The position numbers were made by a program, and so were the translations under genes. From an uncultured bacterium (GTDB lineage Bacteria; Verrucomicrobiota; Verrucomicrobiia; Limisphaerales; UBA8199), in the NCBI GenBank assembly GCA_963749495.1, contig CAVVMW010000001.1:352001-416000 (forward strand): 64,000 bases of DNA, given 5' to 3'. Below, piece after piece: positions 44,062 through 56,118 of the stretch; position 1 is the stretch's first letter; every line of letters starts with the position of its first letter. The notes beneath the pieces were generated by a model that was not told the origin of the DNA, did no database searches, and saw nothing but the letters and a program-made list of their open reading frames with translations.

Positions 44062-45463
44062 ATGAAAAATCAGGTGAAGAACATCGCAAACTCTGTTCGC
44101 AACAGGGATGAAGACAAAGAATCCAGTGGCGTTGCGCCCTGCCCACGGACTCCGCCGCCCGTGGCGTCAGGCTCGCGCGCATTCACACTGATCGAGCTGC
44201 TGGCCGTCATCACGATCATCGCGGTGCTCATCGGCCTTTTGCTGCCGGCCGTTCAAGACGCCCGCGAGGCGGCAAACAAGACCCGATGTATCGCCAGCCT
44301 GAAGCAAATCGCCAAGGCCGAACACGCATTCTTCAATGCCAATCAGGCCTATTCGGACTCCCTCGATGCGCTCGGCCTGGCCAACCAGTTCCCGAACAAC
44401 ACGAGCGAGGGTTACACTTTCTCGATTACTTTCCAGAATGGGGATCGGATGCGCTTCCGCGTCCTCGGCACGCCGACGGCTCCAGGTCTAACTGGCTCGG
44501 TGGATTGCAGCCTCGACGCGGCGGGAATCCTCGGCACCGGGAAGACCCCCGGCGCGGGCACCGCCCGGAGCCAGGCCTTCGCCAACATCCGCATGCTGGC
44601 CGCCCAGGTCCTTGCCAGCCTGATCAGCCAAATGCCGGACCAATTTGCCCAAGTGACCTCGACACTGGGTTCGCACTCGACTGTGGCAACGGTTTTCAAC
44701 GAACTGGATGCCAATCATGATGGCATGGTGACCCCTCCTGAGATCCTCAACGCTAACTTTGGGAACGTTACTGGAGCGGTGCCGGTGGCCGGCCAGTTGC
44801 TCCCTTACATCGCGCAGCAATTGGCTCTCGGAGCAGGCGGTGAAACTATTGCCAACCTGCCGGGTGTATCGCTCGGCACATTGACGTTTCCCACTAACTA
44901 CTATGCCGGGCCTCCTCCCATCATCGGCGGCAACTTTAATAACTTTAATAATAGCTGCAACTCCATACCCATAAAATGGTCAGTTTCCGCCGGTGTTTCC
45001 TGGCTGATCCTCAGTAACGAGACGGCCGCGGCACTGCCGGCGGTGCAGCTTACCGCGTTCTGCCAAGGTAGTGTCGGTGCGCCTGGTTCAATCTCCTCGG
45101 ATGGAAACGCCGTCAGCCTGGTGAATGCCTCGTGCCAACTGCTCCTCCATGGGGTCGATGCATCTTTGGACCCATCTGGCCGCGTCTGGTGGGGGACCTC
45201 TAGCCTGGTGAACGGAGATGGAAGCGCGCTCAACGGCATCGTTCTGGGTGTGTTTGCGCCGCCTAAGACCGTTCCCCCCACAACTGTTGCCGAGCCGGGC
45301 AACCCCGGTGCTCCACTGCGTGGTTATCGCTCCCGAAGGCACCGGTTGGTTTAGCGGAGCCAGCAGGCACGGGACTGCGGCCATCGATTGGGGCGACACT
45401 TTCGCTGACAGATTTTCCGGATCCTTTTCCGTTTCGCCTTGGGTGGTGCAGCAGAGCCGTTAA
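44062..45463 (+). CDS. Prepilin-type N-terminal cleavage/methylation domain protein with EF-hand-like motif (probable frameshift near 45270-45310)
   Basis: [44 protein letters not shown]. Confidence 0.82.
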
Positions 45464-45586
45464 GCCCGCAGTTGGCGCCCGCAGTGGCTTGGTGATTTGT
45501 GGCGGGTGCGCAAGGGGGTCTCTCACAGCCGCTATGCCCAGCTTGAGCGCGAGACCGTGAACAAAACATGGAACAACGATTAAAAT

Positions 45587-47239
45587 ATGAACTCTGGAAT
45601 CAATGACACTGCGTGGCGGAAGCTCATCGTGAGGTGGGAAGCTCTGCCAGCCGGCTTGCTTTGCGCCAGCCTGTGTTGGGCGGCCAATTCGGCTGGGGCG
45701 GCAACTCCCTTGTTGGACTTCGAGTTCAACGAAGGCAGCGGCACTAACATTACAGACAAGATCAACAACCTCCAGGGGGTGCTCGGACCCCAGCTTGATC
45801 CGGGCGCGAACCCGCTGGTTGTCACGACTAGCCCGTCGGGCGCGGCCGGTGACCTGGCCGTCAGCTTGAACTACGGAAACGATACCAGCCAGGGATTCCT
45901 GGTGGTGGATGACAGCAATGGGCCCATCCTGGCACTGGCCACCAATGCGTTTACGATGGAAACCTGGATAAACATTGATCCCGATGACATCCGGCAGTAC
46001 GAAGGCATCGGGGCCTACGGCGCGTCTTACATGATGGGGTTGGACAACGGCGAACTCGTCTTCACGCTGGACGGCGTCGCGGAACTTTTCAGCGGCCTGG
46101 CCATCACGCCAGGCGTTTGGCACCACGTGGCGGCGGTGTGGCAACCGGGCGTCGGGGTCACGTTTTACCTCGATGGGGGTTCCGCAACGACTGTAACCGA
46201 AACGCGCGCGATACCGAGTTTCGCTAATAACGTTCTGACGATCGGGGCTGACAGCGTTGCCGGAAACGCCGTGCAAGGGATCATCGACCGTTTCCGTATC
46301 CACAGTGCGGTTTTGACCACGAATCAACTCGACAGCGTGGCCGGCACTCCGAAGGCCCCGTTGGCCAGCACTCTGGTAGCTTATAATTTTAACGAATCGG
46401 CTCCGCCGTTCCAAAGCGCGGGAAGCGCCTCCCGCCCGGCCATCACCTCCAATGACTACTTGCAGCAGACAGAGTCGCCCACATTTACGACGGACACTCC
46501 CTGGGGCCAACCCGGCGACTACGCGTTGAGCTTTGCCCCCGGGCAAACCGCCTACGTGCCGGATCCAAACACCGCGCTGGCGTTGGACCCAGCCGCTCCG
46601 TCGTTCACAATCCAGAGCTGGGTGAAGTTCGGCGCGCAACCCGGCTCCCGGTCAGTGCTCTTCTATAATGACGGCCCCGGCGGAGCCTTTTCCTTCTCGG
46701 TGACGTACCCGGATCGGCACGTGTTCGTTTCCACATTGGGAATCGTGGACCAGGATTCCAAGGCCGTCATCCCGGACGACGGTGGCTGGCATCACATCTC
46801 AGTGGTCCACGAGAACGGAAAGGATTTCCTCTTTTACGTTGACGGCGCGCTGAGCGGCACTGTCCCCTATACCAACGGTGTCCTCTTCACAGAGACCAAC
46901 ACCACTTACACGATCGGGTCGGAACCCGGCGGTGACTTGCAATATGTGGGTTCGTTGGATCGTCTCAAGGTGACGGCCGGAGTGTTGAGCCCGGATCAGT
47001 TGGATTACCTGCCGGTTCCCGGGGTCCCCCTCGCTCCCCCGGTGGTTACAATCGCCCTGCTCGTGCAGGTGTCCTGGCCAGGCCTCCCCTCCGGATATGT
47101 GCTGCAAACCAGCGCCAACCTCAGCAGCCCGAACGACTGGATTACGCTGACCAACAAACCGTTCGCGAATAACGGAACTTATTACCTGCTGTTCCCGACG
47201 AGTTCAGCGGGGATGTTTTACCGCTTGGTCAAACCTTGA
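45587..47239 (+). CDS. Secreted tandem LamG/ConA-like jelly-roll protein with C-terminal sorting-like domain
   Basis: Signal peptide; FTMETWI..GVWHHVAAV..YLDG and GGWHHISVV..YVDG; tail GYVLQTSANL..W...MFYRLVKP*. Confidence 0.85.
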   Translation: MNSGINDTAWRKLIVRWEALPAGLLCASLCWAANSAGAATPLLDFEFNEGSGTNITDKINNLQGVLGPQLDPGANPLVVTTSPSGAAGDLAVSLNYGNDTSQGFLVVDDSNGPILALATNAFTMETWINIDPDDIRQYEGIGAYGASYMMGLDNGELVFTLDGVAELFSGLAITPGVWHHVAAVWQPGVGVTFYLDGGSATTVTETRAIPSFANNVLTIGADSVAGNAVQGIIDRFRIHSAVLTTNQLDSVAGTPKAPLASTLVAYNFNESAPPFQSAGSASRPAITSNDYLQQTESPTFTTDTPWGQPGDYALSFAPGQTAYVPDPNTALALDPAAPSFTIQSWVKFGAQPGSRSVLFYNDGPGGAFSFSVTYPDRHVFVSTLGIVDQDSKAVIPDDGGWHHISVVHENGKDFLFYVDGALSGTVPYTNGVLFTETNTTYTIGSEPGGDLQYVGSLDRLKVTAGVLSPDQLDYLPVPGVPLAPPVVTIALLVQVSWPGLPSGYVLQTSANLSSPNDWITLTNKPFANNGTYYLLFPTSSAGMFYRLVKP

Positions 47240-47346
47240 GCCGTTTGCAAGACAAGGGGCCTGGGAATGAGAATCGAGGTTGCCCCGGAAGAGGAGATTC
47301 ACCGTCGGCCAGAATTCAAGTTCCGGGGTCCACGTCGTTGCTGGGG

Positions 47347-47508
47347 TCAACGCAACTTCCGGATTCGACCGAGATCCAGTTCGCCCTTCGCACCCCAACC
47401 GCTGACGCCCGCTGGAATTGATGGGCGGAACTGCTCGTAAAAACCAAACGCCTGTTGAGCCAATTCATCACGGTCGAGCGTCGTGGCCAACTCCATCATG
47501 GCCTTCCA
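47347..47508 (-). pseudogene. C-terminal part of conserved hypothetical gene X
   Basis: WKAMMELATTLDRDELAQQAFGFYEQFRPSIPAGVSGWGAKGELDLGRIRKLR*; its start overlaps the end of the 43437-43792 fragment (KAMxxLA). Confidence 0.7.
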
Positions 47509-47796
47509 CAAGCCGGGTCAGCACCCAGCGCCACCACGAGGCGGTGGGCGGGGCTTCGGCCTTGGCAACAACCAGTTTGCCAAGCTCCTGGGCGATGGCG
47601 TGGGCGCGCTCGATCTTCCTTTTCCGGGCTTCCTCCTGCCGGCGCTGCTCCTCGGGGGCGGGCCGGTGATAACCGTTGCCGTTTCCGATGCCTTCCTGCT
47701 TGCGCTCAAGAATGTAGTCGTTTATGTTCGCCCGCGTGATTTGGGACAGCGGGCTGGCGCCGGAGTATTTGGCAGCCCGTTCCAAAGAACACGGTT

Positions 47797-49034
<1,238 letters not shown>

Positions 49035-49169
49035 CGCGCGGCCATTGAGGAACCTCTCATCCGTGTTTATCCGTGTCCATCCGTGGTTCAAAAACATCGA
49101 CTGCCGGATCCAGGCCGAGTGGTCAGGGCAGGGCTGCGCTGGGCTTACAACGCGAGGCGAAGAGGCCCT

Positions 49170-49590
49170 TGCTGCGCCGGGTTTCAGCCTCCACGCGGGC
49201 GATTGAAGGGTCCAGGCACTGCGGTTCCCACTCGATGCCGACACACTGGTGCCCGGTGCGAATCCCGGCCAGGGCGGTGGTTCCGCTGCGCAGGAACGGA
49301 TCGAGGACAATGTCGCCCTGGTTGGTGGAGGCGAGCAGGCAGCGTTGGACCAAGCCGATGGGCTTCCGGGTGGGGTGCTTGCCCAGGCCCTTCTCGCCAT
49401 TGGAGGGCGCAGGCATCGTCCAGAGGTCTTCATCTGCTTGCCGCCGTTCGACAGAAAGCAGGGCGGGTCTGCGAAGACCGCATCAAATCGGCCCTCGGGA
49501 TACTCTGCCGCGATAGCGTCGAGCAGCTCCAGGCAATTGCGGTGGCAGAGCCAGAGGCCGGGTGTGTTGTTGCGATAGGCCAGGCGCGGC
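49170..49590 (-). pseudogene. Degenerate N4/N6 DNA methyltransferase (beta class)
   Basis: FADPPCFLSNGG (DPPY altered), KHPTRKP, VLDPFLRSGTT (FxGSG altered), VGIE; internal deletion and frameshift. Confidence 0.85.
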
Positions 49591-49731
49591 GGCGAAGGGG
49601 GCAACGGTGATCCGCTGTGCTCTTGATGGGCAAGTTGGGATTATTTCCGGTTGGTCAAGGCGGGCAGCTCCTGGTAAGACTGGGCACGTGAACCGGCCCG
49701 CAGCCAGCCAAACCCCTCTCACCGCCCAACC

Positions 49732-52700
49732 ATGAATTCGTCACCCCTCCTCGATGCCCGCCCCCTTCGCGGGGCGCACCCCGACATTGCCCCCACCGCC
49801 GGGGGCCGGACCGGAGTGCGTCCGTCCCCGGGCGCAGCGACGCCTGGAGCCAGGGCAGCGGTCAAACACTCCAGCGCGCTTGGCCGCTCCGTCGCTGCTG
49901 CGCCCGGGGACGGGCGCACTCCGGGGGCAGTGTCAGGATGCGCCCCGCTTCGCATCCGCGCCCTGGTCCTTCTGGCCTTGTGCGCCGCGGCCCTGCCCAT
50001 TGCCGCCGCCGATGTGCCTTCGCTCGACTCGGGCTTTCGCAATCCTCCCCCGGAGGCGCGGCCGTGGGCGTATTGGTTTTTCATGGATGGCAACATGACG
50101 CGGGAGGGGATTACGGCCGACCTGGAGGCGATGGCCAAGGCCGGGCTTGGCGGCGGGCTGCTGATGGAGGTGGATGTGGGCATTCCGCGCGGGCCGGTCG
50201 AGTTCATGGGCGCGCAGTGGCAGGGACTCTTCCGGCACGCGGTCAAGGAGGCCGAGCGCCTGGGCCTGGAGTTGACCCTCAACGCCGGTCCCGGCTGGTG
50301 CGGCAGCGGCGGGCCATGGGTCCGCCCCGAGCAATCCATGCAGCACCTGGTCGCCAGCGAGACCAACATCACCGGCCCTTTGCACTTCAGCGCGCCCCTG
50401 GCCAGGCCGGCGCCGCGCCCGCCGTTCTTCGGCGAGGGGACGCTCACCCCGGAACTCAAGAAGGCCAGGGATGACTTCTACCGCGACGTTTCGGTGCTGG
50501 CGTTTCCCACGCCCGCCGGCCAGGGCCGGGTTGCCGATATCGATGAAAAGGCGCTCTATTATCGGGCGCCTTACTCGTCTCAGCCGGGCGTCAAGCCGTT
50601 CCTGCCCGCGCCCGCGCAGCATGCGGTGCTGCCGGTCGGCCAGTGCGTCGCACCCGATGAGATCCTGGACCTCACGAGCAAGCTCTCGGCCGACGGACGG
50701 CTCGAGTGGGACGTGCCGGACGGCAACTGGACGGTGTTGCGTTTCGGCCGCCGGGCCACGGGCCAAACCACCCGCCCGGCGCCGCTGCCGGGCCTGGGCT
50801 TTGAGTGCGACAAGTTCGACCCGGCGGCGCTCGATGCGCACTATGCGGCGTTTGTCCAACCGCTCCTGCGCGGGCTTGGGCCGCGCAAGGCCTGCCGCAC
50901 CGGCTGGACCATGCTGCACATTGATAGCTGGGAGATGAGTTCGCAGAACTGGACGGGGCGGTTTCGCGAGGAATTCCAGCGGCGGCGGGGCTATGATTTG
51001 CTGCGCTACCTGCCAGTCATGACGGGCCGTGTGGTCGGCAGCCTCGAAGTCTCGGAACGCTTCCTCTGGGACCTGCGCCAGACGGCCCAGGAGCTGGTTG
51101 TCCAGAACCACGCCTTGCACCTCAGGGAGCTGGGCCGGCGCGACGGCCTCGGGCTCTCCATCGAACCTGTACGACATGGACCCTTGCGCCGACCTCAACC
51201 TGGGCGGCGCCGCCGACGTGCCGATGTGCGAGTTTTGGGCCAAGGGCCATGGGTTCGACACCGAGTTCAGCGCGTTCGAGTCGGTCTCGATCGCGCACAC
51301 CCTGGGGCGGCCCATCGTGGCTGCGGAATCGTTCACCTCCGGCGACAGCGAGCGGTGGCAGCTCTATCCCGGCGCGCTCAAGGGCCAGGCAGATTGGGCC
51401 CTGTGCGCCGGCGTCAACCGGCTGGTCTTTCATCGTTACCAGCACCAGCCGTGGCTGGACCGGGCGCCGGGGATGACCATGGGGCCTTACGGCGTGCATT
51501 GGGAGCGGACGCAGACCTGGTGGGAAATGGTGGGCGGGTTTCACGGCTACCTGGCCCGCTGCCAGTTCCTGCTGCGCCGCGGCCTGCCGGTGGCCGACAT
51601 CTGCTATCTGGCCCCCGAGGGCGCGCCGCACGTCTTTCGCCCGCCCAGGTCCGCCACGCGCGGCAATCCGCCCGACCGGCTGGGCTACAACTTCGATGGC
51701 TGCTCCCCCGAGGTCCTGCTCAACCTGGCCCGCGTCAGCGCTGGGCGCCTGGTCTTTCCGGGCGGCATGAGCTACCGGGTCCTGGTGCTGCCGCGCTTCG
51801 ACACCATGACCCCGCCTCTCTTGCGCAAGATCAAGGGCCTCGTCGAGGCCGGCGCCATCGTCCTGGGTGCGCCGCCGCGCAAGTCGCCCAGCCTTTCGGA
51901 CTATCCCAGGTGCGACGCCGAGGTGGAGCGGCTGGCGCAGGAGCTTTGGGGAGGGACGAGGGGCGAGGGGCGAGGGGCGAGGGACGAGGCGGGGGGGTCT
52001 GGTCTTCAGCCCAGCAGTGCCGCTCTGGCCATGAGCGCCCCAGGGCCGCAAGGTTTTGGACTGCGCCAGTCCTCTGGCGCTTTTGGAACCCTGGGGACGC
52101 AAAAGCGGCAGAGGACTGCCGCAGTCCAAAACGCTGTCGCGCCTTCGCTGCCTCCGGAGCGACGCCTGGGCAAGGGCACGGTGGTGTGGGATACCGGTGC
52201 CGCCCAGGCGGAGGTCGTTGCAACGAACACGCCCACGCCGTCGGCTGCCCTCCCGGACATCTACCCCGATTACGCCGCAGTCCGGGACCTGCTCGCCCGC
52301 CTGAAAGTGCCCCAGGACTTTCAGGCAGAGCCGTTCCTGCGCTACACCCACCGCCGCGATGGCGACGCCGACATCTATTTCGTCTCGAATCCCGAGGGGC
52401 GCCGGGTCGAGGCCCTCGCCACATTCCGCGTCAACGGCCGCCAGCCGGAGTTGTGGGACGCCATCACGGGCGAGCAGCGCGAACTGCCGGGCTTTGCCGC
52501 CCGCCGGGGCGCCACGGCGGCGCCCTTGCGTTTCGAGCCCCATCAATCCTTCTTCGTCGTCTTCCGCAAGGCGGCAAAGCGCCGGCCGCAACTGGGGACC
52601 AATTTCGCAGAGCTACAGCCCGTCCAGGAAATCCGCGGCCCGTGGGAGGTCGCCTTCGAGCCCAAGCGCGGCGCGCCCGAGCGGGCAAGCTTCGACACCT

Positions 52701-53107
52701 TGTCGGACTGGTCCAAACACCCCGACCCGGGCATAAGGCACTTCTCGGGCGTTGCCACCTACCGGACCCAATTCGAGTGGAAGGCGCGGTCCTCGAGGGT
52801 GTTTCTCGACCTGGGCGAGGTCCAGGTGATGGCCGCTGTGAAATTGAACGGCCGCGATTTGGGTCCGGTCTGGACGGCCCCGTTGCGGGTCGAGGCGACC
52901 GGCTCGCTCAAGCCCGGCGTCAACCTCCTGGAAATCCGCGTGGCCAACCTCTGGCCCAACCGGCTGATCGGCGATTCCGGCTTGCCTGCGGACCAGCGCG
53001 TGGCCTGGACCACCTGGAACCCGTTCAAGAAGGATTCCCCGCTCCTGCCTTCCGGGCTGCTCGGGCCTGTGCGGCTCCTGCTGGACCAGGGGTCGGTCAG
53101 GGACTGA
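49732..53107 (+). CDS. Alpha-L-rhamnosidase-like glycoside hydrolase (GH106); frameshift near 51168; two in-frame repeat insertions
   Basis: FRNPPPEARPWAYWFFMDGN, GWCGSGGPW, HIDSWE, PMCEFW, AAESFT, VANLWPNRLIGD, SGLLGPV. Confidence 0.9.
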
Positions 53108-53553
53108 GATAGATTGAATCGCGGTGACTATTCAGGTAGGGCGGGCAGTCCTCTGCCCGCCGCTCGCCCGGCCACACCGGACGGCGCGCACGGAGTGACG
53201 CGCCCTACCCACCCGTAAGCTGCGGGGGTTGGCTTGCAAGCCCACCTGAATAGTCACGAATCGCGTAACCTCGGCACAACCTTTGTCGCACCCTTTGTCG
53301 CTTCCTTTGTCGAGAAATGGCGCATTCGACAAAGGCCACGACAAAGGCTGCGACAAAGGCCCAAAACCCGCATGAGCGTGCCAATGTTGGTTGTTCCGAT
53401 TCAGGCCCAGAGTTTACAAAACCATGACAAACGGCTTTATTGAGGCATCGTAAGTTTGAGAATCGACTGTGAAGACGGCACGTTTCACGTTTCACGTTTC
53501 ACGTTTCACGTTTCACGTTTCACGTTTTGGCATCGTAAGTTTGAGAATCGACT

Positions 53554-56118
53554 GTGAAGACAGCGCGAGAGAGACCCGGGCGGGCCTTTTTCTGGCAGGG
53601 CCTGCTGATTCTGCTGCCGGTGGCCGTGATGGCGGCCATCGGGCTGAGGGCCATTTTGCGCGACAAGGCGGCCGTCGAGCAGCAGGCGCGGCAGCGGGCG
53701 GCGGAGATCTTGCGGCAACTGGCGCCCGAGGTCGGCCGTCGCGTCGCTGCTGAGCAAGCCCGCTTCCAGGAGGCCGGCCTCCAGTGGTTCGCGGAGCAAC
53801 GGCAGCGGTTGCGGGAGGCAGGCGGGGCAGGGGCCGGCGAGGAGCCTGGGAGCGGGGTGGTCTTCGGGCGAATGGAGGACGCGTTCGGGGCCGAGGGGGC
53901 GGGCACGAATGTCCGTGTCCCCGGCGGCGCGCCGGGACCGCGAGGCGCGGCTTTTGACGATTGGCAGGCTGCGTATCCTGATTTGCAGCCGGGCCAGGTG
54001 TTCCCGGCCCAGGCATGGCTTGCCGGGGATCGGTTGTTGCCATGGGGCGCGGGCGAGGACCTTTCTCCGCCGCGATGGTTGCTGGCGCTCTCGGAGGAGC
54101 AACGCCGGGCGTGGGATGCCGTTCGCCAAGCCGAATGGCCGGGAGCCAACACGCAGACCAACAGCACTGGCCTGGAGACGGCACTCCGGCATTTTCTGGA
54201 GTTGAACCCGTCCGAGGAGGCGCGTGCAAACGCGGAATGGGTTCGCCTGGAGACTGGGCCTGGACGCGCGCCGGCGAAGCGCCTCGAGTCATTCGCCCGG
54301 ACAAATCGCGCGGTGGCGGCGGAGTGCGGGGTGCCGCTGTCCAACCTGGCATTGGCGGAGGCCCTGCAGCGCGCCGGTTCAGGTCCGGAGCTGGGGAGCG
54401 TCCTGGACGCGCTGGTGGATGAATCACTGGAGGCGCCGAGCCTGCTGCTGCCCGAGGTGTTGAACCGGGCTACTTCCGCAGTGGGCCGCCTGCCCCAGGG
54501 AAAGGAACTGCTGGACTGCGCGGCAAAACTTTGGTCGGCCCAGGCCCGGCTGGCGCGGATTCTCTCGGCCGCCCGGCAAAATGGACGCGGCCTGTTTCGG
54601 GAGACAACCAATTTTTGGGTCGAGGCTGAACAGCGCCGCTGGTTTTGCACCGTCGAGACTGGGTCCGGCCCAATGCGCGCGCCACCCGCCCGCGGCACGA
54701 CGCCGCTGGCGACGAACCGGCTGGCCGGGATTTGCACCTATCCCAAGGCGCTGCTCGAGCGCGCCTTCGCCCGGGCCATTCGCGCAGCCCCGCTCACCAT
54801 ACCCGGTTATTTCGGCCTGACGGCCGAGATAGACGGCGAGCCCTTGGAGTTGGCCCCTGCTCGGGCCACCCGGCTCATCATCCGGCTCATCACCGACGGG
54901 CAGACCCAGGTCCTGGAAGGAGAGCCGTCGCAGCCGGCTTCGTCACGGCCTGGCCGGAGCGAGCCGGCCCGCGTGCTGGCGGAGGCCCATGATTGCCTGG
55001 CTTGGCCGGGGGCCGCCCTCCCGGCCCAGCCCGGGTCCGGCAACCCTCTGCCCCTGAGCGGGGCGGACCCGGAAACCAGCGCCCGGTCCGGCCGCCCGCA
55101 ATTCACCCTGAGGCTCTGCCTGGCCGACCCGGCGCGCCTCTTTGCCGAGCAACGGCAGCGGACGTTCATGTTCGGCGGGCTGATCGTGGCCTCGATGCTG
55201 GCGGCGCTCGTCGGACTGGTCGCCGCCCGGCGCGCCTTCTATCGCCAGGTCCTCCTGAGCCAGCTCAAGAGCAATTTCGTGTCGAGCGTCTCGCACGAGT
55301 TGCGCGCCCCCATCGCCTCGGTCCGGCTCATGGCCGAGAGCCTGGAGCGCGGCAAGATAGCCGAACCGGCCCGGCAGCAGGAATACTTCCGCTTCATCGG
55401 CCAGGAATGCCGCCGCCTCTCGGCGCTCATCGAGAACGTGCTGGACTTTTCCCGCATCGAGCAGGGGCGCAAGCAATACGAGTTCGAGCCGACCAACCTC
55501 GTCGCCCTGGCGCGCCAGACCGTGAAGTTGATGGAGACCTACGGCACGGAGCGGCAGGTCAAACTGGAGCTGGTCATTCCGGAGGCCCTCGAGTCCGCCC
55601 TGAGCACTCGCCCGGTGCTGGATGGCAAGGCCATTCAGCAGGCCCTGGTCAACCTCATCGATAACGCCATGAAACACTCGCCCAAGGGCCAGACTGTGAC
55701 CGTGGGCCTGGGAGTGCGGAATGCGGAGTGCGGAGTGCGGAGGACGGAGGTCGGAGTGCGGAGGACGGAGGACGGAGGACCGAGGACGGAGGAGGATATC
55801 GATCGGGGGTCTGCCATCGAGCCACCGGCCAACGGCCTCCGGCCTCCGACCCTCATTCTCTGGGTCGAGGATCACGGGGACGGGATCCCGGCGGAGGACC
55901 AGGAGAGGATCTTCGAGCGATTTTACCGGCGCGGTTCGGAGCTGCGCCGCGAGACACAGGGCGTCGGCATTGGTTTGAGCATCGTCAAACACCTGGTCGA
56001 GGCCCACGGCGGGCGCGTGGTGGTGCGCAGCGCGCTGGGGCAGGGCAGCCGGTTCACCATCGAACTGCCGGGCTGGGGTGCTCAAGCAGACAAGGGAAAA
56101 ACATGGAACGGATACTGA
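53554..56118 (+). CDS. Sensor histidine kinase
   Basis: Two TM helices, H-box VSHELRAP, N-box NLIDNAMKH, DHGDGI, FERFYR, GVGIGLSI. Confidence 0.95.
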   Translation: MKTARERPGRAFFWQGLLILLPVAVMAAIGLRAILRDKAAVEQQARQRAAEILRQLAPEVGRRVAAEQARFQEAGLQWFAEQRQRLREAGGAGAGEEPGSGVVFGRMEDAFGAEGAGTNVRVPGGAPGPRGAAFDDWQAAYPDLQPGQVFPAQAWLAGDRLLPWGAGEDLSPPRWLLALSEEQRRAWDAVRQAEWPGANTQTNSTGLETALRHFLELNPSEEARANAEWVRLETGPGRAPAKRLESFARTNRAVAAECGVPLSNLALAEALQRAGSGPELGSVLDALVDESLEAPSLLLPEVLNRATSAVGRLPQGKELLDCAAKLWSAQARLARILSAARQNGRGLFRETTNFWVEAEQRRWFCTVETGSGPMRAPPARGTTPLATNRLAGICTYPKALLERAFARAIRAAPLTIPGYFGLTAEIDGEPLELAPARATRLIIRLITDGQTQVLEGEPSQPASSRPGRSEPARVLAEAHDCLAWPGAALPAQPGSGNPLPLSGADPETSARSGRPQFTLRLCLADPARLFAEQRQRTFMFGGLIVASMLAALVGLVAARRAFYRQVLLSQLKSNFVSSVSHELRAPIASVRLMAESLERGKIAEPARQQEYFRFIGQECRRLSALIENVLDFSRIEQGRKQYEFEPTNLVALARQTVKLMETYGTERQVKLELVIPEALESALSTRPVLDGKAIQQALVNLIDNAMKHSPKGQTVTVGLGVRNAECGVRRTEVGVRRTEDGGPRTEEDIDRGSAIEPPANGLRPPTLILWVEDHGDGIPAEDQERIFERFYRRGSELRRETQGVGIGLSIVKHLVEAHGGRVVVRSALGQGSRFTIELPGWGAQADKGKTWNGY

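Noticed and set aside
49732..53112. 1126-aa ORF as a novel fusion protein
   Set aside because: GH106 running out of frame after the 51168 indel
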